The translations under genes were made by a program, and so were the position numbers. A DNA stretch of 64,000 nt from positions 4,836,001 to 4,900,000 of the forward strand of contig JBHGNT010000011.1 in the NCBI GenBank assembly GCA_043228905.1, read 5' to 3'. The notes under the pieces are model-generated. The model had not been told where the DNA came from. It saw only the letters and a program-made list of their open reading frames with translations, and searched no databases. Shown one piece after another: positions 24,870 through 37,600 of this stretch; position 1 is the stretch's first letter, and every line of letters begins with the position of its first letter. The stretch comes from Azolla caroliniana (Eukaryota > Plantae > Polypodiophyta).

Positions 24870-26077
24870 TAAATCTATCGATCAAGCCCGCAAGAGTAGT
24901 GTAAATCATCTGAGTACGTTATCTCTTCCATGAGTTATTTATTTGATTCAATATTGTGTCCGAGAGAAACTGACGCTATCTTCCATAGTCATAAATGTGT
25001 CATGGGTTTATGTCAAGATTGTGGCCCTACTAGATTTAGGTGGTGTCCAAATGAATTGAGTACTGAAATATTGATCTTTGTGAAGTTATTTGAGTCAGTG
25101 AACACCAATTTCGAAGGAAAGGTGTGTAAAAGAAAGGATCTAGTTCGGAAGATGCTTAAACCAAGGGATTTGGTGTCTCTGTTATCCTGCTATAACAGGT
25201 TTGGAGATGAGATGGAATTTTTTTGGGTCTGACCATGGTAAAGGTGAACATGATGGTGCAGGGACTATTATAAAGCGGGCACTTACCCATGAACAACTAA
25301 AGACAGATGGTGTGCACATTAATTGTGCATCACATGTAGTTGAATTTTTAAGAACAAATATGTCAACAAGTGCAACATGTGTTTATTCCTCGCAAATCCA
25401 AGATATCAAACGTGAATTTTGGGAAGTGAAGATAGATGAAGTAAATAGGGAGAAGACCTGGGAGTGCCAAGGAATTCCCGAATTGCGATCTCTACATGTT
25501 GTTCGGGGTTATTTCCAGGTTGGATGGTCATTGTATTGCGGTTAGAGAATTGACTTGTTTTTGCTTCCATTGTGTGCAGGGAAATTGGAGATATTGTCTA
25601 AACAAAGCATACATTTAGAATTGGGAGTATCACACTCTGAATAATAAGGAAGCAGTTGATGGAGAAACAGGGCAGAATGCTGACTTCACATATGAGGGAC
25701 TTGGAGATACTTTGAGTGATGTCCTGAACATTGGGGATAACTTCGCTGTAAATGTTGAAGAAGGCAATTCAGAGGGTGCTGATTTCTATATATTGAAGTG
25801 CATGGTTAGTAAACAGTGTGCAAGGCCGAATATTGTAGATGCATGGGGAAATTTTGTATCTGCCGGGACATTCTACATCGAAGGCATTTTTTATGCAAAA
25901 CTAGAGTCTACGAATATGTGTACAGGCTGTTAGAAGACAAACCAACGGCGTACATGTACTCTCATTTGGTCAGGTGCATCAACGTCCCAATGTCAGAATA
26001 CTATAGCTGCTAATTTTATACATTGTTGGTGCTAATGTGTATGAATGTATTTACAATAGTATGCCATGGAATTTGTA
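24870..26077 (+). pseudogene. Disabled transposase core of copy 2
   Basis: Matches 55-1680 but has a ~416-bp deletion at ~25182 removing the DFAENY and SDGA motifs, plus frameshifts and stops. Confidence 0.9.
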
Positions 26078-28371
26078 GCTACAAGTAGCAATTACCATGT
26101 TCTCTTGTAAAACAAACATGTATTTCGCAAAAACAGTTAAACATGTTCGTTTGAGAATCAGTTTCTTGTATACAGTCTGCTTTCTGTGCTTCTTTCTCAA
26201 TAAAATCATGTCTTTTTTGTTAAGTTTTAAGTTATAAGTTATAGCGAAATAGTCATCAGTAGCTAATTAGCTGTCAATAGCTAAATAGTCATCAATAGCT
26301 AATTAGTTGTATTCAGGCTTACTCAGGTTTACCAGAATAGCTAATTAGCTACCATGATAGCTAATTAGCTACTCCAATATTGCAATCAACCAGTAGCTAA
26401 TTAGCTGTCAATAGAACCATGTACAACAGTATGCCATGAAACTTGTAGCTACAAGTAGCAATTACCATCTTTTCGTGTAAAACAAACATGTATTTCGAAA
26501 ATACAGTTAAATAAAGCACTAGCATGAAATCAACAATCTGCAACATATTCCTCAAATTACACAGTAGATAAGTACAGTGGGAACAAGTAATTAAATTCTT
26601 CATTGAATAATGTCATCTCTTTACATGTTTTTAAATTACCATTGGAAATGTCTACAAATCTCCTATAAACAGCTAAGCTCTTGCTAGTCAGTGGAACGAG
26701 TCTACATATATTATCCGCATATCGAGCTCAGTATGGAGTCCACAACCATGCACCTAGTTGGCAGCTCACTGTTTGCACCAGGTACTGTTTAGGCATTTCC
26801 TCGGGTAGAATGAGACAGCATCTCCGAATATTGAAGTAGTGCCGAAAATGTTTTGTATCCAAAATCAATGTGTTGTCGGCATTATATTCAGGCCAAGTAG
26901 CCCAAAAATCAGAAAGTCTCTTGAATCTTGCAGCTTCCATTTGCTCACAATTTTCTCGTGCCCATTGATTGACCTTTAAAATGACTTCGCCATTTTGGGA
27001 AGAATCTCACTAAACACTTCCACACATCTGATTTTGGTTTTTCACTCCAAATAAACAAATCAAAGTATTGCACAATCCACTCTAGAAACTGATTCGCGTC
27101 CCTCCTTGGCTGCATATATCTAACACTCATCAAGACTTTATCAAGCTCCAAGATCAAGGCTCTTCTTTCGACTTCTAGTGGTTTAGGTTTCCATTCCTGA
27201 AACTGAGCCGCTGTTACACCATTTTCTGGTAGGACACGATCAATCTCAATCAGCTCAGGTTCGGCCGACACAACCCCTAGTCGAGTGTGTTGGGCCTAGC
27301 TTCACATTCTAGTGCTCTTGTTTTGTCGACTTAGTTATCAATCCTTGGATTACCTCGGTGCATGTAGCTACTGATCTGCTCGATATCAGTCCACTAGTAT
27401 CACATGTTGCATCTACCTGCAACATCAAGTCATCCGTGCAACATGCTTGATCAACTTGTGTGACCAGATCACTTGTGTCAGTTGCTACATCTACTTTCAA
27501 GATGGGGCCCTTTAAACACACCGCAACATCGACAGTATCCACATTGCCATCGGCCTTACGAGCAATAGAATCAAACCCTTTAGACTCTTCAACATCAGAA
27601 AACACCAACATATTCATACTCACAAAGTAACTAGCAGTCTCACAAAACAACATCCTAAACATCAAAGAGTTTCAGTCATAGAACAACACTCTTCAAATTA
27701 TCTTGGAAAAACATCATAGAGTTCCATTACATAATGTGGATCAAGCAACAACCAATCTGAGGTTTTATTTGTCCAACATGATAGTAAAACTTCATAAAAC
27801 CTTAGCAAAATCCCTAAGCTAACAATCATATCCAACTAAACAGTATTTCGCTCCACTACGTCTAGGCCCCTTGACCGAGTGACTGGTCTTGTTCCCGATC
27901 GTGGCCCCTTCTTCAGCCTTTTTTTGGTCGGTTGCCCATTTAGCCTTGCTTCTTTCACCCAATGCGCAAGTGTGTCCTCCTCCTACAACCTTCCCATTGC
28001 CTCAGCAGCTAATTGCACATCAGTCGTTTCTTGCGCTAGCTTTTCAAGTACCGAGGGATTTGTTTGGACATTTTCAGTAGTTGGGCTCGGTGGGGTGGAA
28101 TCAAGGTCTTAAGATTCGAAGAAATGTTGCATCAAATTTTCATAAACACTATTGTTGTGAACCTCAGTTTTACATGCTGTTTCCACTATTTCATGCCATT
28201 TCACATCGTTTCCTAATTTAGTACACTACTCCAAAAGAATAGGGTGGAGCTGATCTGAAGGAGATGTGATAGCAGGACTCTTACTTTCAGCCACGTTGGC
28301 AGTAGTATCCTCATCTGTTGCAGGACACATCATGTGCCGTCCTTAATCCACAAGATTCTACAATAACATGG

Positions 28372-29341
28372 TAGCTATTTAGGATAGCTAATTAGCTACT
28401 TTACTAAACTATAGCAGTAGCTAGGATAGCTAATTAGCTACTTTACTCAACTATGGTAGTAGCTAGGATAGCTAATTAGCTACTTTACTCAACTATGGTA
28501 GTAGCTAGAATAGCTAATTAGCTACTTTACTCAACTATGGTAGTAGCTAGGATAGCTAATTAGCTACTTTACTAACTATGGTAGTAGCTAGGATAGCTAA
28601 TTAGCTACTTTACTAACTATGGTAGTAGCTAGGATAGCTAATTAGCTACTATGGTAGCTAATTAACTACTTTACTCAACTATGGTAGTAACTAGGATAGC
28701 TAATTAGCTACTTTACTAACTATGGTAGTAGCTAGGATAGCTAATTAGCTACTTTACTAACTATGGTAGTAGCTAGGATAGCTAATTAGCTACTTTACTC
28801 AACTATGGTAGTAGCTAGGATAGCTAATTAGCTACTTTACTCAACTATGGTAGTAGCTAGGATAACTAATTAGCTACTATGGTAGCTAATTAGCTACTTT
28901 ACTCAACTATGGTAGTAGCTAGGATAGCTAATTAGCTACTTTACTCAACTATGGTAGTAGCTAGGATAGCTTATTAGCTACTAGGATAGCTAATTAGCTG
29001 TCAGTAGCTAATTAGCTAGTAGGATAGCTAATTAATTGCCAGTAGTTAATTAGCTAGTAGGATAGCTAATTAGCTTTTTTACACAACTATGGTACTAGCT
29101 AATTAGCTACTAGGATAGCTAATTAACTACTTTACACAACTATGGTACTAGCTATGAGTAGCTAATTAGCTAGTAGCTAACTAGTTGTCACTTAGCTAAT
29201 TAACTACTGTAGTAAACTATGGCAGTAGCTAATTAGCTAATAGGATAGTTATTAGCTGCTTTAATCAACTATGGTAGTAGCTAATTAGCTACAACGATAG
29301 CAGCAAAATAGTTTCCATACTTTTTACGGCTTAGCTAATTA
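28372..29341. repeat. Intronic palindrome array of copy 2 (42-43-bp unit)
   Basis: ctaggatagctaattagctactttactcaactatggtagtag repeated about a dozen times. Confidence 0.95.
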
Positions 29342-30699
29342 GAAAAGACTAAGCTTATTAGCTACAATATGGTATACCTGTTAGTTTTCTCCACTCATTT
29401 GGTAGAGCTGTATTGCAATCTCCCAAACAGAATGCAGCAATTCTACATGCATGTTGAAAACAAAGCAGATGGTATGTGTGGTTGCATGGTTGTAGGTGAA
29501 CCAATAAAGACGCAGTTTTGTCCTCCACACCTAACCCGCAAGTGATGCAACGTGCTTGAATTGTCAATAAATCATTTTCTGGTTCTCCTTCATTTGGTAA
29601 GGGAGCAAGACTGTTCGGGTCCAAATCCTATCTGCTCCTTGCCATTCCCTCCACAACATGTAGCTGCTTCTTAAGGTAGCTAACTACCTGTTCTTGATGA
29701 ATGTATTGTTCCTTCAACGCAACAGAGAAATTTACCGATTAATTATTCCTGTCTGAGAAAGATACACCAACTTTGCTCAGGAATTGTTAACATACTTGAA
29801 GCTTTTCCAAATTGTAATCTGCAACAATATTTACACCTAGAAGGTCCAGGTTCATTGAAAGAACCTGGATCTCTGTTTGCAGTTGTATTTTACGCTGGGG
29901 ATCTAGTGGCCCCTCTAATTCAAGATCCTGTTGCGCAACCTATTCCAGATAATGCTTGATTAGCACATTTTACCCTTAAAGTTATTTATAACACAATCAC
30001 ATACCAGCCAAACAATAGTTACCTGAATCTTATTTCTAATCGTTGTAACAGCGGAAGTAACTTTGCTCTCCATTGCAGAAGCCATTGTGGCTTTCTCTAA
30101 ATCAGTCTTAAAAAATGCCAATGTCTCATAGGCTTCATGGACATTTTTTAGCATATAGTTAACCAATGTCTCACCTGTATCATCGACATTGGCTTTCCTT
30201 GGGTGTTGGTGTGGTGTATGCCCCCGGTTTTCTAGGAGTCAGTAGTTGCATCAACAACTGCCATGCTCCAAAATTTGTCTATTTTTTGTGCCAAGGTCCC
30301 CATCTTTCGGCATCTTTTTACCGATGCCTCACCATAGACTGCCCAAGCTACCCTATACATTTGAGGGTCTCTAGATTCCTTCGTTGTTTTGCAGTACTCA
30401 TATGCAAATGCTCTAGCAAATGAAATTGACAACTCATTGTTGACTGGGATCTCCTGATGAGCTTTTTGGTGCAGCCTCATGCAGTCATCGTACAAGTCGG
30501 CTCGTACATGCTTCAGCTTGACCTTGCCTTTGACTCAAGGCACTGTATATACTGTCATCCAGTCTACATCACTTAGGATAGTAGGGTCAACACCCTCGAG
30601 TGACAGACCATAGGTGTTGTGGAAGTCCTCCTTTGTCTCGCAAAATTTTGCGAAGTTTAGCACTCTCGGATACGAAGGAACGAACCATCTGAAATATCA

Positions 30700-31190
30700 T
30701 TTCAGAAATCAGAAATAGTGCAAAATCAGAATATGTCAAAATCAGAAACCCTAATCAACAACAACAGAAATAATGCAAAATCATTAACTTAGCAAATCAG
30801 AAACCCTAATCATAATTTGTATTCAGAAATTTGAAATCAGAAACCCTAATCAAAATCTGTAATCAGAAGTTTGAAATCAGAAACCCTAATCAAAATCTAT
30901 AATCAGAAGTTTGTAACCAGAAACCCTATTCAGAAATTCTAGTCAGAAATTTATAATCAAAAACCCTAATCAGAAATTTCAATCAGAAACCCTAATTAGA
31001 AATTTCAATCACAAACCCTAATCAGAAATTCTAATCTGTAATCAAAATTTGTAACCAGAAACCTTATTCAGATATTCTAATCAGAAATTTATAATCAAAA
31101 ACCCTAATCAGAAATTTCAATCACAAACCCTAATCAGAAATTTATAAACAAAAACCCTAATCAAAAATTTCAATCAAAAACCCCAATCAT
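30700..31190. repeat. Telo-box tandem repeat, copy 2
   Basis: aaaccctaatcagaaa units homologous to 7680-8112. Confidence 0.85.
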
Positions 31191-34100
31191 CACTAAAGAC
31201 AGGTTTAAACACAAAAAAAGTAATATAAACACACCTGTTGCTACTCCCCGATCTGCGAGACATCCTTGTATGGGACTCCAAGGACTTTGCCCTATTCCAT
31301 TTTGGGGAAATATGAATCGGCACCAAAGTTCAAACAATGGTCAAAAAGAAAAAACAAATGTTTGGGGTTTTTGTAACTGAAACATACCTGGACGATGATC
31401 GAGTAGGTTCTGTGTTGTAGCTCTGAATCTGCAATGTCGATTTTCTCCTACTGCGGGAACTACGACTTGGTGAAGATGTCGGCGGTCTGCCGATTCGTCG
31501 GAACATACTGAAGTTCAACTTCACCGGAGAGGACACGCTCATGGACGAAATGGTAGTGCACCTCAATGTGCTTAGTCCGAGTGTGGAAGACGGAGTTCTT
31601 TGCTAGCTGGATGTTGCTGAGGTTGTCGCAGTACATTGTCGTTGGATCGGATACCTCCACCTGCAGATCCTTAAGTAGCTGCTTCAACCATATGGCTTCG
31701 CATGTCGTGACAACTGCTCCTCTATACTCGGCTTCGGTGCTTGACAACACAACTGTCGGCTGCTTCTTGCTACTCCACGCAATCGCGACACTCCCAAGGG
31801 AGAATGCGAAACCAGACGTGGATCGGAGATTGGCGACGTTGCCGGTTCAATCGATATTAGTGTCGCCGACCAACGACGGGGCTGTACTGGTCTGATATAG
31901 TAGCCCCCGGTCCTTAGTGCCGCTTACGTACTGCAGTACGTGTTGCGCACATTGAAGGTGCTCCTCGGTAGGTCGAGCCATGAATTGACTAATCACCCCG
32001 ACCGGGTAGCTGAGATCTGGTCGGGTGATGATCACGTATATAAGGCTCCCAACTATCTGTCGAAACCTCGTCGAGTCACATACCTCTCCGGAATCGGGGT
32101 GAAGCTTGACGGTTCTATCTAGAGGAGTCGAGACGGACTTACAGTCGGCCATCCCGAATTTGAACAACATACTCAACACGTAATGTCGTTGGCTGATCAG
32201 TATGCCTTTAGGGGTGTGAATCACTTTGATCCAGAGGAAGTAATGAAGGTCCCCCAGATCCTTCATGTCGAACGATGCCGCAAGCTGGAGCTTGACGCGG
32301 TCAATTTCACCTAGGTCGGCGTCGGTGATGACCAAGTCATCAACATAAAGTAAAATGCTAAACGGCCCGAGTCGACCTTTCCAGATGACGAGTGAGGAGT
32401 TCGATTTTGACGTCGCAAAGCCCATCTGATGCAATCGTTGTGCGATCTTCGAGTTCCAGGCACTCGGGACTTGCTTTAGTCCGTAAAGGGACTTCTTCAA
32501 TCGGCACACCGCCAATGTGTTTGTTCCGAACTGAAATCTGGGGGGTTGTACCATGTACACCTGTTCCTCAAGCTCACCTTGCAGGAATGCATTCTTTACA
32601 TCCATATGGTGTAAGTGTCACCCCTTCGCCGTAGCTACTGCGAGCAAAACGCGGACGATCATAATTTTTGCGACCGGTGCAAATGTCTCATCGTAGTTGA
32701 TGCCGTGTTGCTACGCGTAGCCTTTCGCTACTAACCGGGCCTTGTATCGGTTGACCGAGCCATAAGTGTTGTACTTGACTTTGTACACCCACCTACATCA
32801 ATCGGCTTCACACCTTTAGGTGCATCCACCAGGTCCCACGTTTCATTTTCCGCCAATGCGAGCATCTCTTCCTCCATTGCTGCACGCCAATTCGCATCCT
32901 TCGCCACTTCTGCGTAGCTCTCCAACTCACGCACTTCCGCCACACGCGCCATGTACGCATAGTGATGCGCCATGTACTCGTTGTAACCGAACCGCACAAC
33001 AGGGTTCTTCTGGCGAGTAGATCGGCGTAATTGCTCATTCGCCGATGTTGAGGCTTCTTTGGCCGACACGGACTTCGCTCTCGAAGACCTGTCATCACTT
33101 CCCTCGAAGTCGGACTCGCGTCGATTCAACTCTTTCCTATCCGTGCCGTAATCCAACACCTTCTTCTTCCCTTTTTCCTTGCGCGTAAGACGTTTCCTCG
33201 ATTTCCTGCGCGGGGAATGCACGATCAAGTCTCCACTACTCGCCGACTCTTCTTTGGACTGGTCAAACCGACTCAGTTTTCCATTCGGTGCACTTAACCA
33301 AAACGAGATCGGACCCTCTTCGAGGGTCCCGATTTCACCTTCATCCAGAGGCACTTCCGCCTCATTGACCTCATCGTTAGAGCTCAGATTGGAGTTGAGG
33401 TACGGAGTCGTAGGCAAGTACCAGGACGCGGACTCGTCAAACACAACGTCACGGCTCACGCGAGCTTGTTTGGTTTGGGGGTTATAGCACTTATAACCCT
33501 TCTCCTTGTCCGGATAGCCGACTAAGATACACTTCTCAGCTTTTGCGCCGTAAACTCTCAAGTGTCGTAGATTCGGCTTCCTTCCGAAATACACCTCATG
33601 CGCTGACACTTTGTCTTCGATCCAATTCTAAATGTACACCGCAATTCGTATCGCCTCGGCCTAATAGAACTTGTGCAAGCTCTTTTCTTCCAGCATTGCC
33701 CGTGCCACTTCCACAATCGACCGATTCTTCCTTTCGGCCACGTCGTTCTGTTCCAGCGTATATCTGCAACTGAATTCGCACTGAATTCCCATCTATTGCA
33801 AATACCCGTTGAATTGACTGGAAAAGTACTCTTTTCCGCCATCTGACTGCAAGCACTTGATCCTTCTCCTGTTTCCCTTTCGACGAGATTCTTGAGGTCT
33901 CGGAAACAGTCGAAGATTTCACTCTTCTTCTCAATGAGGTAGATCCACGTGTGTCGTGTATAGTCTTCGATGAAGGAGACGAAATATCGACTCCCGCCAA
34001 GACTAACGTTCTGTGTCGGCCCCCATACATCCGAATGTATCAAGTCGAGCTTGTTCCGGCTCTAGTTATGCTCGTTAGGGAAAGGAAGTCGGTGTTGCTT

Positions 34101-34677
34101 CCCTAACTGGCAGGCTTCACAAATTTGTGCCTTGCTGCCACTAAATTTGGGCAATCTGAACACAACTTGTTTCGATTGCAGGTCATCAAGCCGTTGATAG
34201 TTGACGTGGCCTATCCTCTTGTGCCATAAAGTCAATATCCGACTCGACTTTTTGTACTTTCGCGAACATTGCGGTGCCACGGTCACTAGAGTTGAGGATA
34301 AACATCCTCCCGTTTCTGCGCCCTTGTGCAATAACTCGGCCTTCTTCCTCGATGAAGCACCCGAGATGCGTGAACCGGACTTGCATCCCCTGGTTGACGA
34401 TCTACCTGATCGACACCAGATTCTTAGTGATTGTCGGGACCTGTAACACGTTCATGAGTTTCCCTTTCTGCCCGACATGGGGAACTTCACCGACATTCGC
34501 GATTGGATGCGGAGTGTCGTGTCCGGTTGCAACTACTCCCGGTTGCATCGGTTTCTCAAGGTATGAGAACCACTCCTTGTGGCACGTCATGTGGTTTGAT
34601 GCGCCGGAGTCGACGTACCACACCTTGTTTGATTCAGGGTGGACTTCTTCATTGAGTTCGCTTCGTGTCTCGTTACG

Positions 34678-37600
34678 TGTCAGAAACAATACTAAGACAG
34701 AGAAGGAATTAGTACTAAGAGAGGTGAAGAACTCTCGAGAGAAGGAAAGAGTGAGTGAGAGGGAGGGAGAGAGAGATCGAGAGAGAGAGAGAGAGTGATG
34801 ATAAGAAAAGATATATATTATGTGAAGAAAATGTACAGTAGCTAGGAGGCTTAAGACTGGCGTTGAACCGATTTGGTTCGAAATAATGCCTTGTGCCTCC
34901 TTTTATAGTGTTCTAAGGAATACTCCTGAAGTTTCTAGAATGTTCTAGAGAAATATGGAATATACATCAATTTTCTATAATAAAACATAAATGAAAATAA
35001 TATTCTATGTATTACAATGTATAGTCTAATGGTCAAGAGCTCGACCCATGTAGAATAAGGTCATGGGTTCGAGTCTTGCCATATCATGACACTATCCCCC
35101 CTTTAAAACGATGAGTGTAATGAGTCGTTTTGGATTGAGGACCCAGTTTGTCTGGATATTGACGATGGAAGTCTTCAAGAAGAGCACGAGCATTGGTGAC
35201 ATTCTCTATCGGTTCCCAAGTACGCTCGTTGGGACTATATCCTAGCTAATCGACTAGATAGTAGAGCTTGTTGCAAACAAGCTTGGAATCAAGGATGGCG
35301 GCAACCTCGTACTCAGGTCCATCTTCAAGCTTGATCGGGGGTGGAGACTGTGTAATACGTCCTGGGATGGTGCTCTCTTGATAGGGTTCGAGGAGAGAAC
35401 TATGAAACACCGGATGTATCCGAAGTTGTGGAGGTAGATCAAGACGAAAAGCAACATCATTAATCTTTCCTATAATACGGAAAGGACCTAATCGCCGATA
35501 ATCCAACTTCTCGCATGGGCGAGTGGTCTTGATGTGTCGTCGGAGTAGCCATACCCGATCTCCAATGTTAAAACTAGATGGGAGTCGATGACGATCCGCA
35601 TAAACCTTGTGTGTTTGTTGAGCTTGTTGGAGGTGAGTAGATACATCCGCTTGTATCTTGCGTAACCTCTCCAAACGATCTTCTGCGCAAGGATTTGTGG
35701 ACACCTCTGGGGTTTCAAGTACACACCACCGGGGGTGACATCCCGTATAAGCATAAAATGGTGTAACTTTAGTGGATGTGTGGATAGAGTTGTTATAGGC
35801 AAATTCGGTGAAGTGGAGAATATCTGCCCAGTCATCCTGATGATAGATGAGAAAGCACCGCAGATACTGCTCCAGCGTTTGATTGGTTCGTTCGGCTTGG
35901 CCATCGGTTTGGGGGTGGTAACCGAAGGAGAGGTTACAAGTGACCTTGAGCATGTTAAAAAGGTGCTTCCAGAATTTTGACACGAACTGGGGTCCACAGT
36001 CGCTAATGATACTATCGGGAAGTCCATGATGCCGACATACTTCACGCATGACAATTTCAGCAGTGTCTTCACTGGAGATCTCCTTAGTACATGGCAAGAA
36101 ATGAGCCATCTTCGTATATCGATCGACCACCGTTAGAATCGCATTGAACCCCTTAGAGACTGGAAGATCTGTGATGAAGTCTAGAGCAATGGATTGCCAC
36201 GACTTGCTTGGAATTGGTAATGGTTCTAATAAACCATATGGATGATGCCTTGGCATTTTCGCTCTGCATCATGTATCACAAGTCTGAACAAAATCCTCGA
36301 CAAATTGTTGCATACAGGGCCACCAGAATGATCGTTGTACTAAATGTAATGTTTTAGTACTACCAAAATGCCCAGCTGTATATGTGTCATGACAGTTTTG
36401 TACTACTAGAAGGCGGCAAGAACCATTAGGAACATACAAAAGTTCTTTAAAGAAGAGTAATCCATCATGGTATTTGAATTGCCAATAGTCCGTACCTGGC
36501 GGTTGCGACTGTGAACACGACGCGCGAGAGGGATCAATTTGTGCTAGTATAGCTTGGCGAACACATCTGTCTTCAAGTCTTCGCGTATGGTATCGATAAC
36601 GCGGGAATCCATGGGCATGTCAAAGATCTGTGTTGCCTGTAGTCGTGCCGGTCCCAAGATGACTTGTTTTTGGTTATCGAAAGTTGGCTCGCCGGGACGG
36701 GGTGCTAGATACGAACGCCGTGATAATGCATTTGCCTTCCCTTGGTGCTTCCCCGGACAATATGTAATTTTGAAGTCGAAAGGCGTGAGGAAGTGGGCCC
36801 ACCGAGCTTGACGTCGAGCGTCCTAAAAGTAGGCAAGGTTTTTGTGGTCACTGAATACGGTGACTTGATGACAAGATCCCTCTAGAAAATGTCTCCATTG
36901 CGTAAAAGAATCCACTATTGCCAATAGCTTCTTATCATGAATTTCGTAGTTGATTTCGGCGGTGTCAAACTTGCGTGAGTGAAAAGCCACAGGATGTAGC
37001 TTCTCATCATTCCCCTGTTGTGACAGAATGCTCCCCAATGCAAAATCTGATGCGACAGCTTCGATAATGAATGGTTTTTCCGGATCGACATGAGCTAGAA
37101 TTGGAGCCGATGTAAATGCCTGAAAGCCATGTCCGTTTCTTCAGACCAGATGAACGGTTGTCCCTTCCTGGTAAGTTGTGTGAGAGGTAGAACGATCTTT
37201 GAGTAATCTTGTATGAACTTCCGGTAAAAATTGGCAAAGCCTAGGAAGCATTGCACATCCCGCACCGAACGCGGAGTCTGTCATTCTACCACCGTTTTGA
37301 CCTTAGCTGAGTCCATGGAGATGCCTTCTGACTAAATGATGTACCCGAGAAATTCCACTTGGTTGCACCCGAAACTACATTTTTCCAGCTTTGCATACAG
37401 ACCATGTTCTCGAAGTCGTTTTAGTACTAATAGTACATGAGAATCATGTTCTTCTTGGGTCTTTGAATAAACCAGTAGATCATCCAAATAGATGATCAAA
37501 CAATCATCCAATAGATCTCGGAATATATCATTAGCCATGTGTTGGAAGACTGTCGGCGCATTAGTGAGGCCGAACGGCATGACCGTATACTCGAAGTGCC

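Larger units (their letters stand above)
26630..31263 (-). pseudogene. Disabled RING/FCP1-like accessory gene of copy 2
   Basis: Exon-by-exon homology to 2327-8183; splice sites are retained but several stops and frameshifts occur. Confidence 0.85.
22462..31464 (+). mobile_element. Sola2-like transposon copy 2 (defective: internal deletions, right end lost)
   Basis: Left TIR gggtgaaagcatgagagtggaaaca at 22462-22486. Colinear with 55-8385 from ~24870. Homology stops ~280 bp short of the right TIR. Confidence 0.85.
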
